Shown: positions 63,643 to 64,000 of the stretch, piece after piece
How the letters are laid out: every line of letters starts with the position of its first letter
Numbering within the stretch: position 1 is the stretch's first letter
Assembly (NCBI GenBank): GCA_944390455.1
Contig: CALXPU010000005.1
Span: 9,252 to 73,251 of the forward strand
Reading direction: 5' to 3'
Source of the DNA: an uncultured Alphaproteobacteria bacterium
GTDB taxonomy: Bacteria > Pseudomonadota > Alphaproteobacteria > RF32 > CAG-239
Length of the DNA stretch: 64,000 bases
Translations under genes and position numbers: made by a program
Notes under the pieces: generated by a model
Told to the model about the DNA's origin: nothing
Database searches by the model: none
The model's input: only the letters and a program-made list of their open reading frames with translations

Positions 63643-63963
63643 ATGACGATGATATCTATTAATGATAGCCAATTTGAACAAGAAGTTATTCAATCTAAGG
63701 GATTGGTTTTAGTTGATTTTTGGGCAGAATGGTGTGGCCCTTGCCGTCAGTTGGGTCCAGTATTGGAAGAAGTTTCTAAAGAAATGGGTGATAAAGTAAA
63801 AATTTGCAAAATGAATGTTGATGAAGCTCCAGCAACAGCTGCAAGTTTTGAAATTAGAAGTATTCCTACTCTTTTCTTATTTAAAGATGGTGAGAAAATC
63901 GATTCAAAAGTTGGTTTTAACTCTCAAGCAACTATTGAAGATTGGTTGAATTCTCATATGTAG
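63643..63963 (+). CDS. trxA: Thioredoxin
   Basis: 106 aa with the active site WAEWCGPCRQ. Confidence 0.95.
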   Translation: MTMISINDSQFEQEVIQSKGLVLVDFWAEWCGPCRQLGPVLEEVSKEMGDKVKICKMNVDEAPATAASFEIRSIPTLFLFKDGEKIDSKVGFNSQATIEDWLNSHM

Positions 63964-64000
63964 TTTTTACTATTCTAATTCTTTTTGCAAAAAGCGAGAT

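Noticed and set aside
1-64000. CRISPR arrays, tRNA or rRNA genes, IS elements or transposases
   Set aside because: No regularly spaced direct repeats with unique spacers were seen. The few non-coding gaps (4470..4569, 38291..38555, 38934..39196, 40589..40678, 55297..55403) are AT-rich and lack tRNA-like GC-rich cloverleaf segments. No ORF has transposase motifs such as DDE.
63964-64000. Possible terminator after trxA (ctttttgcaaaaag)
   Set aside because: The stem is AT-only and short, and the window ends before any T-run can be assessed.

Overview
This window comes from an AT-rich alphaproteobacterium, judged from the DnaN, AddAB and DciA-like proteins, the atpI-B-E-F'-F operon layout and the rpmH-rnpA-yidD-yidC-engB cluster. 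The flanks are ordinary housekeeping genes: dnaA (5' partial), dnaN, recF, gpsA, rpmH, rnpA, yidD, yidC and engB on the left, and the atpIBEF'F operon, a dsbA-like gene, a dciA-like gene, xerD, aroK, rph, rdgB, addB, addA and trxA on the right. Between engB and the atp operon lies a gene-dense block of about 42 kb (8349..50639) that encodes two surface machines. The first is an unusual VirB-type type IV secretion system (T4SS) locus, all on the minus strand from 38933 down to 8349. It contains three virB2 pilin paralogs, virB3, virB4, five secreted VirB5/TrbJ-like coiled-coil paralogs (one of 1793 aa), virB8, a small lipoprotein in the virB7 position, a second virB8, and a 655-aa virB9 with a SPOR-like C-terminal tail. 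It continues with a 2092-aa bitopic protein made almost entirely of a 17-residue tandem repeat, a 1453-aa CagY-like VirB10 carrying about 860 aa of the same repeat ahead of its TrbI domain, and virB11. No VirB6, VirD4 or VirB1 homolog is present in the window. The second machine is an R64 thin-pilus/Tcp-like type IVb pilus module on the plus strand (pilL-, pilN-, pilO-, pilP-, pilQ-, pilR-like genes). A PilT/DotB-family ATPase gene is appended directly downstream of atpF. I found no tRNA, rRNA, CRISPR array, transposase or phage integrase. All assignments rest on motif and architecture recognition in the supplied translations; no database search was possible.
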